Shown here: positions 25,528-35,637 of the stretch, one piece after another | Numbering within the stretch: position 1 is the first letter of the stretch | How the letters are laid out: each line of letters begins with the position of its first letter | Virus record (IMG/VR): IMGVR_UViG_3300005327_000002 | Location: 16,092-80,091 of that record | From: a virus | Direction: 5' to 3' (one strand) | DNA length: 64,000 bases | Program-made: the position numbers and the translations under genes | The notes under the pieces: model-generated | What the model saw: the letters and a program-made list of their open reading frames with translations, nothing else | Database searches by the model: none | Told to the model about the DNA's origin: nothing

Positions 25528-27270
25528 CTACGGCGCGGGCGGGATGTACACCGCGCCGACGGCCAGCCGGGCCGTCAGCTTCGGGACGTCCCCGGCCTGG
25601 CCGCTGCTCTGGGCCATCACCCGCAGCTGCGTGCCGCCGGGAATCCGGGCGCTGCGGGACATGAACAGCTGCAGCGGGTTGCGGCCCTTGCCGATGGTGG
25701 CGCTGATCTCCTGCTGGTCGGTGTCGACGGTCTCCGTCCCGTCGCCCCAGCGCAGCCACACCCGCAGCGTCGCCCAGTAGGGCTCCTGGGCGGTGCTGGC
25801 CAGCAGCAGGCGCCCGGCGATCGTCCACAGTCCGGTGGAGGCCGGGGTGAGCGTGCCGTCCGCGCCGACCGCCAGGCCCTCCGGGGGCTGCTCCGGCACC
25901 AGCAGGAGCTGCACGGCGGTGCCGGAGGGGAGCGACTGCGCGGCCGCGTCCAGGAGGGCGCCTGCGGACTGCGCGGCCGGTCCGGGCGCCCCGGTGTCGC
26001 CCTTCGGCCCGGGGTCGCCCTGGTCGCCCTGCGGGCCCCGCAGGTTGGCCAGCTTCACCCAGTCGGTGCCGCGCTTGACGTAGAAGTCGCCGGTGAGCTG
26101 GTCCGTGTACAGGTCCCCGTCGGCACCCAGGTCCGGGGCGGGGACACCGGCGGCGCCGTAGACCGCAGGGGTGCGGCCGTCGCGGCCGTCGGCGCCCGGG
26201 GCCCCGTCGGCGCCCTTGTCGGCGGCCAGCTCCCAGGGCGACTGCGGGGGCTCCGTCCCGGCGGGCACCTCCTGGGCGGTGGAGTACGACCGGCCGCCGT
26301 GCCCCACGACGGAGTCCGGCGGGTACGTCACGGAGTCGACCCACTCCCCGGCCCAGGTCAGGCCGCCGCCGGTGGAGCCGCCGTCCATCGTGGCCAGCAG
26401 CAGCCACTGGCCGTCCGTGCCCGGGGTGCTGACCGCGTGGTCCTCCACCGCGCCCCACAGGCGGCGGCTGAAGGTCACCACGGTGCCGCGCCGGTAGTAG
26501 TCGCCGGGCACCCAGGCCCCGGCCAGCAGCATCCAGGTGTCCGTGCCGCCGTTGGGCAGCTGCGGGTCCGGGGTGCGCGGCGCCAGGCCCTGGGCGGGCA
26601 CCAGGAGGGCCGCGCCGGGGGTGCCTTCACGGACCTGCAGGCGCGACAGCAGCGCACCGCCGGAGACCTTCACCGTGGTGTCGGACTCCCGGCCGAAGGT
26701 CTGGCACCACAGCTCGAACTGCTCGCCCACGTCCATGGGGACGTCGAAGGCGATCGGCTGGGCGATCTTCTGGCCGCCGCCGATCAGGCCGGAGCCGCGC
26801 ACCGGCAGGGACGTGACGCTCTGCCCGCCCCGCGTCCACGACAGCCACAGCTCCACGTCCATGGTGTAGGCCGTCGGGGAGTCGGAGGTGAGGACCAGGC
26901 CGCCGATCCAGGACCAGGACGCGGCCGTGTCGGAGGAAACCCGGCCGTCGGCCACCGTGATGCCCTCCGCGTCGCCCACCTCCAGGAGCAGCGGCAGCCG
27001 GGCCGGGCCGACGGGCGCCAGCTGCTCCTGGACGGACAGCTCCCCGCCCTCCGGCAGGGTGCTCCCGGCCGGGCTGAACAGCTGCCAGGGCGGCTGCGGC
27101 GGGGCGGCCGCGCCCGGGCTGGCGGTGGCGATGAACACGCCGTCGGGGGTGGAGACCAGGTCGCCCCGGCGGTAGCAGCCACCGGGCTGGAAGTCGCCCC
27201 GGTAGGAGTCGATCACGGAGCCCGGCGGACCCACCACGCCGTAGCCGCCGCACTGTGTGGGGTGCGTCAT
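25528..27270 (-). CDS. Tail fibre with collagen repeats and CBM5/12-like modules
   Basis: GPQGDQGDPGPKGDTGAPGP; three Y..(G)..V..P..W modules. Confidence 0.7.
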   Translation of the reverse strand: MTHPTQCGGYGVVGPPGSVIDSYRGDFQPGGCYRRGDLVSTPDGVFIATASPGAAAPPQPPWQLFSPAGSTLPEGGELSVQEQLAPVGPARLPLLLEVGDAEGITVADGRVSSDTAASWSWIGGLVLTSDSPTAYTMDVELWLSWTRGGQSVTSLPVRGSGLIGGGQKIAQPIAFDVPMDVGEQFELWCQTFGRESDTTVKVSGGALLSRLQVREGTPGAALLVPAQGLAPRTPDPQLPNGGTDTWMLLAGAWVPGDYYRRGTVVTFSRRLWGAVEDHAVSTPGTDGQWLLLATMDGGSTGGGLTWAGEWVDSVTYPPDSVVGHGGRSYSTAQEVPAGTEPPQSPWELAADKGADGAPGADGRDGRTPAVYGAAGVPAPDLGADGDLYTDQLTGDFYVKRGTDWVKLANLRGPQGDQGDPGPKGDTGAPGPAAQSAGALLDAAAQSLPSGTAVQLLLVPEQPPEGLAVGADGTLTPASTGLWTIAGRLLLASTAQEPYWATLRVWLRWGDGTETVDTDQQEISATIGKGRNPLQLFMSRSARIPGGTQLRVMAQSSGQAGDVPKLTARLAVGAVYIPPAP

Positions 27271-27370
27271 GCGCCCAGTATCTGACGGTATGTCCGCAAT
27301 CCGACGGCACCCGGGCGGGTGACCGCCGCACGGGGTGTCCGGCCGGGTGGCGCTGCGCCATGCTGGTGCG

Positions 27371-27520
27371 ATGCCTGTCACCCATCTGCACTACACCTGC
27401 TGGGCCTGCGGGGCGGACAACGTCCTGCACGGCACGTCGGAGGACTGCTGCGACCTGGTCCACGGCATCCCGGAGGAGTGGGAGTGCTGGAACTGCGACG
27501 CGCTGAACGCGACCCCGTGA
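27371..27520 (+). CDS. Small zinc-ribbon protein
   Basis: CWAC...CWNC; CATGCT-N6-ATG. Confidence 0.6.
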   Translation: MPVTHLHYTCWACGADNVLHGTSEDCCDLVHGIPEEWECWNCDALNATP

Positions 27521-27597
27521 CCGTCAACGGCGCTGGTGTGCATTCCACCCCGCCGGGGGACTTGACGCACCATCACAGGTCAGGGGAGCCTGGATGT

Positions 27598-27921
27598 ATG
27601 AACACACGCCAGCACACCCCCTCCCGCGTCCGCATCGGGGAGACCTTGCACCTGATCGCGGCCTGGACCCGGGAGTCCACCCGCGACCTGGCCCCCTACG
27701 TCGGCGCCACCGACGACCGCCCCGGCGGCGTCGACCACACCACCGTCTCCCGCCTCCTGCGCCAGGGCCCCGGCAACCTGGACCACGTGGACGACCTGTG
27801 CCGCCACTGGGGCATCACCCTGACGGAGCTGCTGGCCGGGTTCGGATGGCTGGAGGAGAAGGGCCGCCTTCCCCGCGCCGTCCGCGACGCCAAGGCCACC
27901 GGCCAGCAGCTGCTGGCCTAG
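27598..27921 (+). CDS. XRE-like HTH protein
   Basis: TRDLA..GVDHTTVSRLL..LCRHWGITLTELL; TTGACG-N18-GAGCCT-N6-ATG. Confidence 0.65.
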   Translation: MNTRQHTPSRVRIGETLHLIAAWTRESTRDLAPYVGATDDRPGGVDHTTVSRLLRQGPGNLDHVDDLCRHWGITLTELLAGFGWLEEKGRLPRAVRDAKATGQQLLA

Positions 27922-28508
27922 CCGCCCAGCCGCTCCTGCAGGTCCCGCAGGTCCTGCTCCCGGGCGGCCCGCACAGCCTCCTGGTCCGGGTCGTCCACCT
28001 CCGCCGCCATCCGCACGTAGCTGAACAGCCCCGCGATCTCCTCCGGCCCGGCGCCCTGGAAGTCCTCCAGGGCCCGGGCCATCCGTTCGTCGTAGACCGC
28101 GCTGGCCGACACCTTCAGCCAGTCCGTGGCCATCTTCCGCGCCGCCCCCGGCGCCAGCGCCCCGTGCTGGCCCAGGCCCTCCAGCACCACCACGGCCCGC
28201 CGCGCCCGGGAGTTGGCCGTGGCCATCAGGTCCCGCGCCAGCTGCTCCACCTGGTCGGCGTCCACCACCGCCTGCCCGTGCCCCCAGCGGATCACGCACG
28301 GCGGCGGCCCCACCCGCATCTCACCCGGCGCCAGGCGCGGGGAGCCGATGATGTCCAGCACCGGCACCGGCTCCGCGACCACCGGCGCGGGCGCCAGCAG
28401 CGCCGCCAGCTCCTCCTGCGCCGCCGCCTGTCGGGCCGGGCGGGTGCGCCCCTCCCCGACGCGCCGACCGATCCGCCGCCGCCGCCGCCGCCGTCCGCCC
28501 TTGCCCAC
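27918..28508 (-). CDS. Hypothetical protein with Arg-rich N-terminus
   Basis: GGAGGAG RBS; GC3 bias. Confidence 0.6.
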   Translation of the reverse strand: MGKGGRRRRRRRIGRRVGEGRTRPARQAAAQEELAALLAPAPVVAEPVPVLDIIGSPRLAPGEMRVGPPPCVIRWGHGQAVVDADQVEQLARDLMATANSRARRAVVVLEGLGQHGALAPGAARKMATDWLKVSASAVYDERMARALEDFQGAGPEEIAGLFSYVRMAAEVDDPDQEAVRAAREQDLRDLQERLGG

Positions 28509-28533
28509 GCCGCACTCCTCCCGCTCCGCCGCC

Positions 28534-28926
28534 CTAGTCCAGGCGGTCGCTGTGCGCCACAGCGTAGAGCGGGTGCCAGGACGGCTCCCCCGTCGGCAGC
28601 AGTTCACCCAGGGCGTAGAACTCACCCGTACGGCCCGACAGCCAACCGACCTGACGCCACACCGTCCGCTCCCCGCCGCACGTCGTCACCCGCTCCGGGC
28701 CCGCGTCCGACAGCATCCGCACCGGCCGCACCTCCGGAGGCGCCCCGGTGAGCACCACCGGGACGTCCGCCGCCCCCGGCGCCGGGATCTCCGGCTCCAG
28801 GCGGAAGCCGTACAGCACCGTGCGCTCCGGCGGCCCCAGCGGCCTGCCGCCCGGGTCCAACCGGGTCACGTGCGCCACGGTGCGGTCGGGGAACTCCGGG
28901 TCAGGCCCGGTCGCGTTCGTCGTCAC
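28534..28926 (-). CDS. Hypothetical protein
   Basis: GGGAGG RBS; GC3 bias. Confidence 0.55.
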   Translation of the reverse strand: MTTNATGPDPEFPDRTVAHVTRLDPGGRPLGPPERTVLYGFRLEPEIPAPGAADVPVVLTGAPPEVRPVRMLSDAGPERVTTCGGERTVWRQVGWLSGRTGEFYALGELLPTGEPSWHPLYAVAHSDRLD

Positions 28927-28975
28927 CTGGCCAGCCTCCCAGGACTGCCGGGTGCAGCGTGGGACCCTGCCCGGC

Positions 28976-29593
28976 ATGAACCGACCGCCCCGCCGCCAGC
29001 CGCGCGGCCGCCGCGCCACCCTCACCCAGGACCAGCTCTGGGCCGACGCCGAACCCCGGGACCTGGCCCGCCTGTTCCGCACCGCCGCGACCGTCGGCGT
29101 ACCAGAGCCCACCCCCGACTGGGCGCAGGCCTGGGCCCAGGTCGTGGCGATGATCGAAGGCTCCCCCGCCCGCTGGGCCTTCGGCCGGACCGGCGGCCCG
29201 CTGCTCCCCGCCTGGGCGACCGGGGAGAACCCGGAGGACGTGCTAATCCGCCTGGACTGGACGGAGAACCCCGGCGGCCACCCCGACCTGGAATACGCCA
29301 TGGCCGCACGCCAGCGCGCCTCCCGGGAGCAGCGCGTACTGGCCGACGTGGAGCGCCGCCAGGCCGCCCTGGAGCTGGAGCGCCTGCTGAACGCCAAGGC
29401 CGCCCGTCGGGGGCTCCCCCGCGACCAGTCCGACTGCCTGGACGGGCTCTGCTCCCACGGCGCGCCGGACTCCGCCGACACGGCGCCCCCGGCCGTCTAC
29501 GGAAAGCCCTCCGCCACCGTCTACCCCGACCCCGGGACCGGAACGGTATGGCTGGGGAACTGCCCCATCAGCCCACCGGGCAGCGCCCAGTGA
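28976..29593 (+). CDS. Hypothetical protein
   Basis: GC3 bias. Confidence 0.6.
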   Translation: MNRPPRRQPRGRRATLTQDQLWADAEPRDLARLFRTAATVGVPEPTPDWAQAWAQVVAMIEGSPARWAFGRTGGPLLPAWATGENPEDVLIRLDWTENPGGHPDLEYAMAARQRASREQRVLADVERRQAALELERLLNAKAARRGLPRDQSDCLDGLCSHGAPDSADTAPPAVYGKPSATVYPDPGTGTVWLGNCPISPPGSAQ

Positions 29594-29605
29594 AGGGCCC
29601 GGGGC

Positions 29606-31603
29606 TCACAGGTACCAGGGGTTCCCGTCGCCCAGGTTGAACCTCATCTTGCGGAACGACACCCCCGGGGTGCCGTTGGTGCTCCCCGACTGCGTGATGG
29701 CCACGTACGTGTACCGGTGCGGCACCGTGTCGTCGTTCAGCACCGCCCGGTAGCGCGGGACCGCCCCCGGGGACGACGTGTCGTACATGCTGAACTGCAC
29801 AGACCCGGCGGCCACCGACAGCTTGAACTTGTACCAGGTGTTCTGCTGCAGCGCCCCGGCCTGGGTCGACTGGTAGGAGCCCGCCACGCCGTTCTGCCGC
29901 CAGGTGGAGAACATCTCCCCGTTCTGGCGGCAGCCCACCAGGCCGTAGTTGGGCGGGATCTGGTCCTCCCGCACCCGGGAGTCGTCCCGCAGCGACCACA
30001 CCAGGCCCCCGAAGTCGGCGCTGTTCGCGGAGAACTGGTCGAAGCGCATCCACCAGGTGGCCATCCATGACTGCGGGTTGGGCAGCGGGCACGCCCAGCC
30101 CAGCACGACGGAGGACGCGAAGCTGGCGCCGTTGACCAGCGGCGTGGGCAGCTTCCATCCGCCGTCGAAGTTGCCCGCCCCGTTGCGGGAGCCCTGCCCG
30201 CGCAACCAGAACGGCCGGTAGTCGTAGGTGGAGAAACCGTCATGGAGCTGCCCCGACATGTACGCCACCGAACCGCCCGCGCCACTCAGGGAGATGGGCC
30301 AGGTGTCCTTCTGCCGCACCGGGGTCCGATACCCGTAGTACATCGGGTCGGTGACGCACACCCCCCGCACCGCGTAGGTCCGCTCCGTCGGCTCGTTCAC
30401 CCGACGGTTCAGCCCGTGGTAGACGACCTGCAGCCCGGCCGCGACGTACGGCGCCGCGCTGCTCCCGTAGACGTAGCCGCCCGGCGCGCCGGTCGGGTTG
30501 ACGGGCACGAACACCCACGTGACCCCGGCGCGCACCAGCTGCGCGGGCGGGTTGGCCGTGATGTCGGCCTGGTCGGCCAGCCACACCCCGCGCGCGTAGT
30601 TCGCGGCCGCCCAGCCGGTCGTGTCGGCGCTCTCTCCTGGGAACCGGGCCGTGGTGACGTCCTGGTACTGGCCGTTGGCCAGGACGACGGAGGACTGCCG
30701 CACGCACTGGCGTTGCAGGGTCGGCAGCAGCGCCTTGTTGGCGGCCAAGTGGGTGGGGTCCACGGTGCCGGTGAAGGTGTCGGACGCCGGGGAGGTGGTC
30801 GTGTTGTTGCGCGGCAGCCGGTAGAAGACGGCCAGGCGGCCGCCGACTTCGTCCAGCATGTCGTCCACGGTCTCCCCGCCGGTCTGGAAGAACTCCCCGC
30901 CGCCGAACCAGCTGGGCCACGAGTCGTTCAGCCATGGCACGCCGTCTTTCGTGATGTTCAGCTGCCGCCACTGGGCCAGCGTCAGCTCCTCGTAGCGGTA
31001 GCCGGTGAAGCGGTCGGCCGACGCCGTCCAGGACTGACCGGCGCCCGGCACCGAGCTGTTCGCGGGCTTCGGGTCGGCGCTCAGTCCGAAGCGGTAGTAG
31101 GGGCACAGCACGGAGGTGCCGTCCCCCAGGCCGGAGACGTCGATGTGCACCGCCTCCAGGCCATCGTCCACGGCCCCCCGGACCGACTTCGCCAGGTTCC
31201 ACGGCATCACGTTCTCCCCGTAGCCGGACCTGCCGACGATCAGCCCCGGGCCCCCGGCCGTCTTCCCCAGCGGCAGCTGGCCCAGCGTCACCGTGCACGC
31301 CGGGGACGGCTCCGGGGGCGTGCCCGGCTTCAGCAGCCCGCCGTCCGGCCCGAACGTCAAGCTGTTGCCGTCCCGGCTGGACACCCCCAGCTGCCACTTC
31401 GCCGGGGAGCCGCCGGAGGACTTCGTCCCGGACCCGGCCCACACCGGGGCGCAGCCGCCCGCCTGGTCGCACACCCCCGTCCACGGGCCCGCCAGGTTCA
31501 GCCCGATCTGGACCGTGTCGGCGTCGGGCTGGGTGATCTCCACCGCTTCGTTGCCCGGCTTCCAGTGGCAGGCGCACTTGTCGGAGCATCCCGCGCGGCC
31601 CAT
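29606..31603 (-). CDS. Tail-tip protein 3: Cys-rich N-terminus, degenerate GDPD fold, lectin-like C-terminus
   Basis: IVGRSG..PWNL..EAVHIDV..GDG..AVRGVCVTDP; WYKFKLSV. Confidence 0.65.
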   Translation of the reverse strand: MGRAGCSDKCACHWKPGNEAVEITQPDADTVQIGLNLAGPWTGVCDQAGGCAPVWAGSGTKSSGGSPAKWQLGVSSRDGNSLTFGPDGGLLKPGTPPEPSPACTVTLGQLPLGKTAGGPGLIVGRSGYGENVMPWNLAKSVRGAVDDGLEAVHIDVSGLGDGTSVLCPYYRFGLSADPKPANSSVPGAGQSWTASADRFTGYRYEELTLAQWRQLNITKDGVPWLNDSWPSWFGGGEFFQTGGETVDDMLDEVGGRLAVFYRLPRNNTTTSPASDTFTGTVDPTHLAANKALLPTLQRQCVRQSSVVLANGQYQDVTTARFPGESADTTGWAAANYARGVWLADQADITANPPAQLVRAGVTWVFVPVNPTGAPGGYVYGSSAAPYVAAGLQVVYHGLNRRVNEPTERTYAVRGVCVTDPMYYGYRTPVRQKDTWPISLSGAGGSVAYMSGQLHDGFSTYDYRPFWLRGQGSRNGAGNFDGGWKLPTPLVNGASFASSVVLGWACPLPNPQSWMATWWMRFDQFSANSADFGGLVWSLRDDSRVREDQIPPNYGLVGCRQNGEMFSTWRQNGVAGSYQSTQAGALQQNTWYKFKLSVAAGSVQFSMYDTSSPGAVPRYRAVLNDDTVPHRYTYVAITQSGSTNGTPGVSFRKMRFNLGDGNPWYL

Positions 31604-31604
31604 C

Positions 31605-33578
31605 TCAGACCTTCTTCCACTCGAAGTTCGCCCAGGACCCGGACGCCCGGTCGGCGGGGTCCTGGCGCTTGTGCAGGGCCACGTAGCCGCCCCGTGGGCC
31701 GCCCGCCAGCGCGGGCGTGGACGCCGTGGCCGACTGGGCGCCGTTGATGCCCCACGCGGGCAGCGGGAACTGCTCCATGACCACGCCGACCGCCGGGGTC
31801 ACGGTCACGCGGAAGTGGTACCAGGTCGCGGCGGACACCAGCACCCCGGCGGCGGACATCGCGGTCACCGGCGCCTGCCCGGTCCGGTACATCGTGACCA
31901 CCAGGCGGCCGCTGGCGGTCTGCAGCGCTGTGAAGTAGTCCCGGTCCCAGGTGGTGTCCCGCAGGTCCCGGTCGTCGGGCAGAGCGAAGGCCAGGCCCAG
32001 GCCGTTGGGCTCCGCCCGCGCGGCCGCGCCCGCCGGGATCGAGTTCCACAGGTGCGACCACGCCACGGTGTAGGAGTTCGGGTCGGCCACCGGGGACGCC
32101 CACCCCAGCACCGTGGTGACCCGGCCCCACGTCGTGCCGTAGTCCGCCGACGTCTCGAACGACGTCTCCGGGCGCCACCCCACGTACGGCTTAGGGTCGG
32201 CCGGGACGGCGCAGTACGGCGGGTAGCCGAGCGAACCGGGGTCGCCCATGGTCGACTGGCCGCGCCACAGCGCGGAGGTGTCGTCCTCCGCCAGCGGCGC
32301 CAGCTGCCCCTCCGTGAACGCACCCATCGCCCAGGTGTCCCGGGTCATCACCGGCATGGAGGCGTACCCCACCATGGCGTCGCGCCGGTAGTAGGCCGGG
32401 TCCGTCGACACCACCCCGGCGTAGCCGTTCGCCGCGACCTGGGCGCGGTGGGTGCGGCGCTGCACCGCGCCGTTGATGACCACCCGCAGTCCGGCCGTGA
32501 CGAACGGCGCCAGGGAGGACGCCGGGATACGCCAGTCGGCGAACACCCAGTCGACGCCGTTTCCCAGCAGGGTGGCCGCGCTCACCGCGTCCGCGTCCGC
32601 CTGGGAGCGCGCCAGGTAGCCGGTCTGGATACCGGCCTGGGAGGCCGCCGTCAGGTTGGCGATGTTGCGGGACGCCACCACGGACGACGACTGGGTGCAG
32701 GCCCGCAGGATCGTCGCCACCAGCTTCGTGGCCACGTCCGGGCGGGTGTCCGTCGTCAGCCCCAGGGCGTAGACGTACACCATGCTGCGCCCGGTCTCCC
32801 CCAGCAGCTGCGCCACCGTGTTGATCCCGATCTGCGGCAGGCCCGCGAACTTGCCGTAGTAGGGCCCGGTCGTCACCCGGCCCTGCTCGCCCGGCCACAC
32901 CCCGGCGGGCCAGCGGTGGGTGCCCTGCCGGTACCAGTTGTTCACGGCCAGTACCAGGTTGCGCGCGGACTGGGTCGTCAGGTCGGACCAGTTCAGGTCC
33001 ACGGCCGGGTCGGACAGGCTCCCGTCGTAGCCGCCCGTGATGCACCAGTTGTCCAGCTGGTCGGTGCCCAGGTAGCAGTTGCGCAGGTACGGGGTGCCGT
33101 CGGCCAGGCCGTCGATGTCCAGCTGCACGCCGTCCAGCTCCAGGTCCACCGCTGCCCTGCAGGAGCGCAGCAGGCCCTGCGGGAAGCCGTTGACGCCGTA
33201 CCCCCGGTCGCCCATCACGATGTCCCCGGCGGTGCGCCCGGCCGTCGGCGGGAGGATGTCCGCGACGGTGCGCCCGCAGGCGGTGGCCGACTGCGGGGAG
33301 TACAGGCCATCGCTCTCCACGGTGACGGTGTTGCCGGACGCCTCCGAGATGCGGACCCTGATCCGGCCGGTGGCCGGGTCGTAGACCAGGCCGGTGCCCA
33401 GGTGCGCGCCCATGCACTGCGCGGCCTGCCCGCACACGCCCAGGTTCGCGGACGTCGGGTCGTAGAACTGGCCGGACACCACGAAGTCGTTGCCCTCCGC
33501 GCCGGTGCCGGTGACCGTGGTGCCCGCGCCATTGCGCATGTAGCACTGGCAGGAGGCTTCGTGCAGGCAGTCCGCCAT
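31605..33578 (-). CDS. Tail-tip protein 2: Cys-rich N-terminus, degenerate GDPD fold, lectin-like C-terminus
   Basis: Start MADCLHEASCQC; MGDRG..DGVQLDI..LADG..GYAGVVSTDP; WYHFRVTV. Confidence 0.65.
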   Translation of the reverse strand: MADCLHEASCQCYMRNGAGTTVTGTGAEGNDFVVSGQFYDPTSANLGVCGQAAQCMGAHLGTGLVYDPATGRIRVRISEASGNTVTVESDGLYSPQSATACGRTVADILPPTAGRTAGDIVMGDRGYGVNGFPQGLLRSCRAAVDLELDGVQLDIDGLADGTPYLRNCYLGTDQLDNWCITGGYDGSLSDPAVDLNWSDLTTQSARNLVLAVNNWYRQGTHRWPAGVWPGEQGRVTTGPYYGKFAGLPQIGINTVAQLLGETGRSMVYVYALGLTTDTRPDVATKLVATILRACTQSSSVVASRNIANLTAASQAGIQTGYLARSQADADAVSAATLLGNGVDWVFADWRIPASSLAPFVTAGLRVVINGAVQRRTHRAQVAANGYAGVVSTDPAYYRRDAMVGYASMPVMTRDTWAMGAFTEGQLAPLAEDDTSALWRGQSTMGDPGSLGYPPYCAVPADPKPYVGWRPETSFETSADYGTTWGRVTTVLGWASPVADPNSYTVAWSHLWNSIPAGAAARAEPNGLGLAFALPDDRDLRDTTWDRDYFTALQTASGRLVVTMYRTGQAPVTAMSAAGVLVSAATWYHFRVTVTPAVGVVMEQFPLPAWGINGAQSATASTPALAGGPRGGYVALHKRQDPADRASGSWANFEWKKV

Positions 33579-33589
33579 GGCCAACTCCC

Positions 33590-35623
33590 TTACAGGGTCG
33601 TACTGCTGGTGATGGTCAGGGACCGGTACAGGCCGGGGAAGTTCGCCTCCGTGGCCACCTTGACCTTGCGCAGGGAGGCGTACTTCAGGTCCGGGGTGGT
33701 GCGCAGCCGCGTCTGCTCGGAGGCGGTGTGCGTCATGACCACGGACTGCTCCACCGCGCCGGTGCCGGTGTTCAGGCGCTGCAGCTCCACGTTGGCGGAG
33801 CGCACGATCAGCCGGAAGCGCTGCCAGGTGCCCGCCGTCGGCGCCACCAGGGTGCCCGTGGGGGTCGACACCACCCCGGTGAAGGCGGCGCCGTTGGCCT
33901 TGCCGTCGATCGCCAGGGAGCCGTCCCGCTTCTGGTACCCGAAGTAGTAGTCCGGCGGGTCGTAGTTGAGCACCGGGGCGGGGGTGGGACGGTCGATGCC
34001 GGGCTGATCGGTGGGCTGCAGGATCACCAGGCCCAGGCCCAGCGTCGCGGACGCGCCGGGGAAGGCCGGGACGGGGTCGGTCGTGCAGTCGTTCATGTCC
34101 GGCATGGGTTCGCTGGGGGCCCACATCTGGTCCCACTGGTACACCAGCCGGTTGGTGCCGATGGCCGACACCGGGCCGGGTGTCGCCCACGCCAGCAGGA
34201 TGTCCCGGCGGGTCTCCCCGACCCCCACGGCGCCCTGGCCCAGGTTCGGCATCACCCACACCCCCGGGTTGCCGTTGTTGGCCACCGGAGCCGCCCAGTT
34301 GTAGCCGCGCCGGTTGGTGCGGTAGCCGCCGATGTCCATGTCCCCGTGGAACTGGCCGTCCGGGTGGCCGCCGAAGGGCCACGGGTCCTTCCGCATCGGC
34401 TTCAGGGCGCCCTTCGTGTAGACGCCGTTCTCCGACAGCACCCCCTTGAAGCCCTTCCCGGCCGCGATGGCGGCGGCCTTCACGGGCATGCGTGTGGCGT
34501 TGGTGGCCACCGTCGTCAGCCCGGCGCCGGAGTACGCCAGCGGGTCGTACAGGGCGGGCTGGTCGTTCCAGTTCAGGAACGCCCACTTCGCCCCGGTCCC
34601 GGCCACCTGCGCCGGGGTGTTGGCCGTGTAGTCGCCCGACCCGGACAGGAACACCCCGTACTGCAGGCCGGAGCCGTTCAGCGGCGTCAGCAGGCTGTAG
34701 AGGTTCGTCAGGATGATCACGGACTTCTGCAGGCACCGCCGCTCGATCATGCGGCGCAGGATCGGGATCGCCCGCTGCACCGCCACGTCGTTGTTGCCCG
34801 GGGTGTAGCCGTTGCGGAACAGGTAGAAGGCGATGCCGATCTTCCCGCCCATCTCGTCCAGGACCTCACCGACGGTGTTCCCGCCCCACTGGTTGGAGTG
34901 CTGCGGGAAGCTGTAGACCTCCGAGTTGACGATCATCGTCTTCCATGCCGACAGCGTCAGGCGGTCGTACTCGATCGGCGTCGGGGGCAGCGACTTGTCC
35001 GGCGTCTGCCGCGCCCAGGGCAGGTAGTCCAGGACGTTGTTGCAGTCGTTGGTGGCCGCGCCGCCGGTCTGGGTCCCGGGCGACATCACGCAGGACGGAT
35101 AGGTCCAGTTGTTCAGCATCGACCCGTACGGGGCGACGACCAGCGCGCCGTCCGCCAGCACCGCGACCGACAGCGTCATGCCTTCCAGGTTCTGCGACAC
35201 CGCGTTGCGGGCGGAGCGGATCGTGCCCCACGGGGCTGAGATCGGCCCCGCCCCGTCGTGCCCCCACACGTGCCCGACCGGGAACGCCGTCACGTCCCGC
35301 TGGCATGACCTGGTGGCCGCCTCCGCAGCGGGCACGTACAGGCCGTCCGGGCGCACCTGCACCAGGTTGCCCGGCTGCCCCGACACCTCCAGGCACACCG
35401 TGCCGGGCTGCGCCGGATCGTCGGGCACCGGCGGGCACCATCCCAGCCCGTTGCCCGTCACCCGGGGCACGCAGTCCCGCATGAACCGCAGGCACCCGTC
35501 CCCGCCGGAGATGTCGACGTTCACCGCGTACGCCGTCAGCAGCGACCCGTTGCCCGACACCGTGGCGCCGTCCCCGGCGATCACCCGGCACCGGCACTGC
35601 CCGGAGCATCCGCACCCAGCCAC
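33590..35623 (-). CDS. Tail-tip protein 1: Cys-rich N-terminus, degenerate GDPD fold, lectin-like C-terminus
   Basis: WGHDGAG..PWGT..LADGALVV..GFKGVLSEN; WQRFRLIV. Confidence 0.65.
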   Translation of the reverse strand: MAGCGCSGQCRCRVIAGDGATVSGNGSLLTAYAVNVDISGGDGCLRFMRDCVPRVTGNGLGWCPPVPDDPAQPGTVCLEVSGQPGNLVQVRPDGLYVPAAEAATRSCQRDVTAFPVGHVWGHDGAGPISAPWGTIRSARNAVSQNLEGMTLSVAVLADGALVVAPYGSMLNNWTYPSCVMSPGTQTGGAATNDCNNVLDYLPWARQTPDKSLPPTPIEYDRLTLSAWKTMIVNSEVYSFPQHSNQWGGNTVGEVLDEMGGKIGIAFYLFRNGYTPGNNDVAVQRAIPILRRMIERRCLQKSVIILTNLYSLLTPLNGSGLQYGVFLSGSGDYTANTPAQVAGTGAKWAFLNWNDQPALYDPLAYSGAGLTTVATNATRMPVKAAAIAAGKGFKGVLSENGVYTKGALKPMRKDPWPFGGHPDGQFHGDMDIGGYRTNRRGYNWAAPVANNGNPGVWVMPNLGQGAVGVGETRRDILLAWATPGPVSAIGTNRLVYQWDQMWAPSEPMPDMNDCTTDPVPAFPGASATLGLGLVILQPTDQPGIDRPTPAPVLNYDPPDYYFGYQKRDGSLAIDGKANGAAFTGVVSTPTGTLVAPTAGTWQRFRLIVRSANVELQRLNTGTGAVEQSVVMTHTASEQTRLRTTPDLKYASLRKVKVATEANFPGLYRSLTITSSTTL

Positions 35624-35637
35624 CTAGCGCTCCTCTC

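Noticed and set aside
31605-34736. 1043-aa tail protein
   Set aside because: The first 386 codons overlap gene 33590-35623 in another frame; the RBS and paralogous N-terminus indicate ATG 33578
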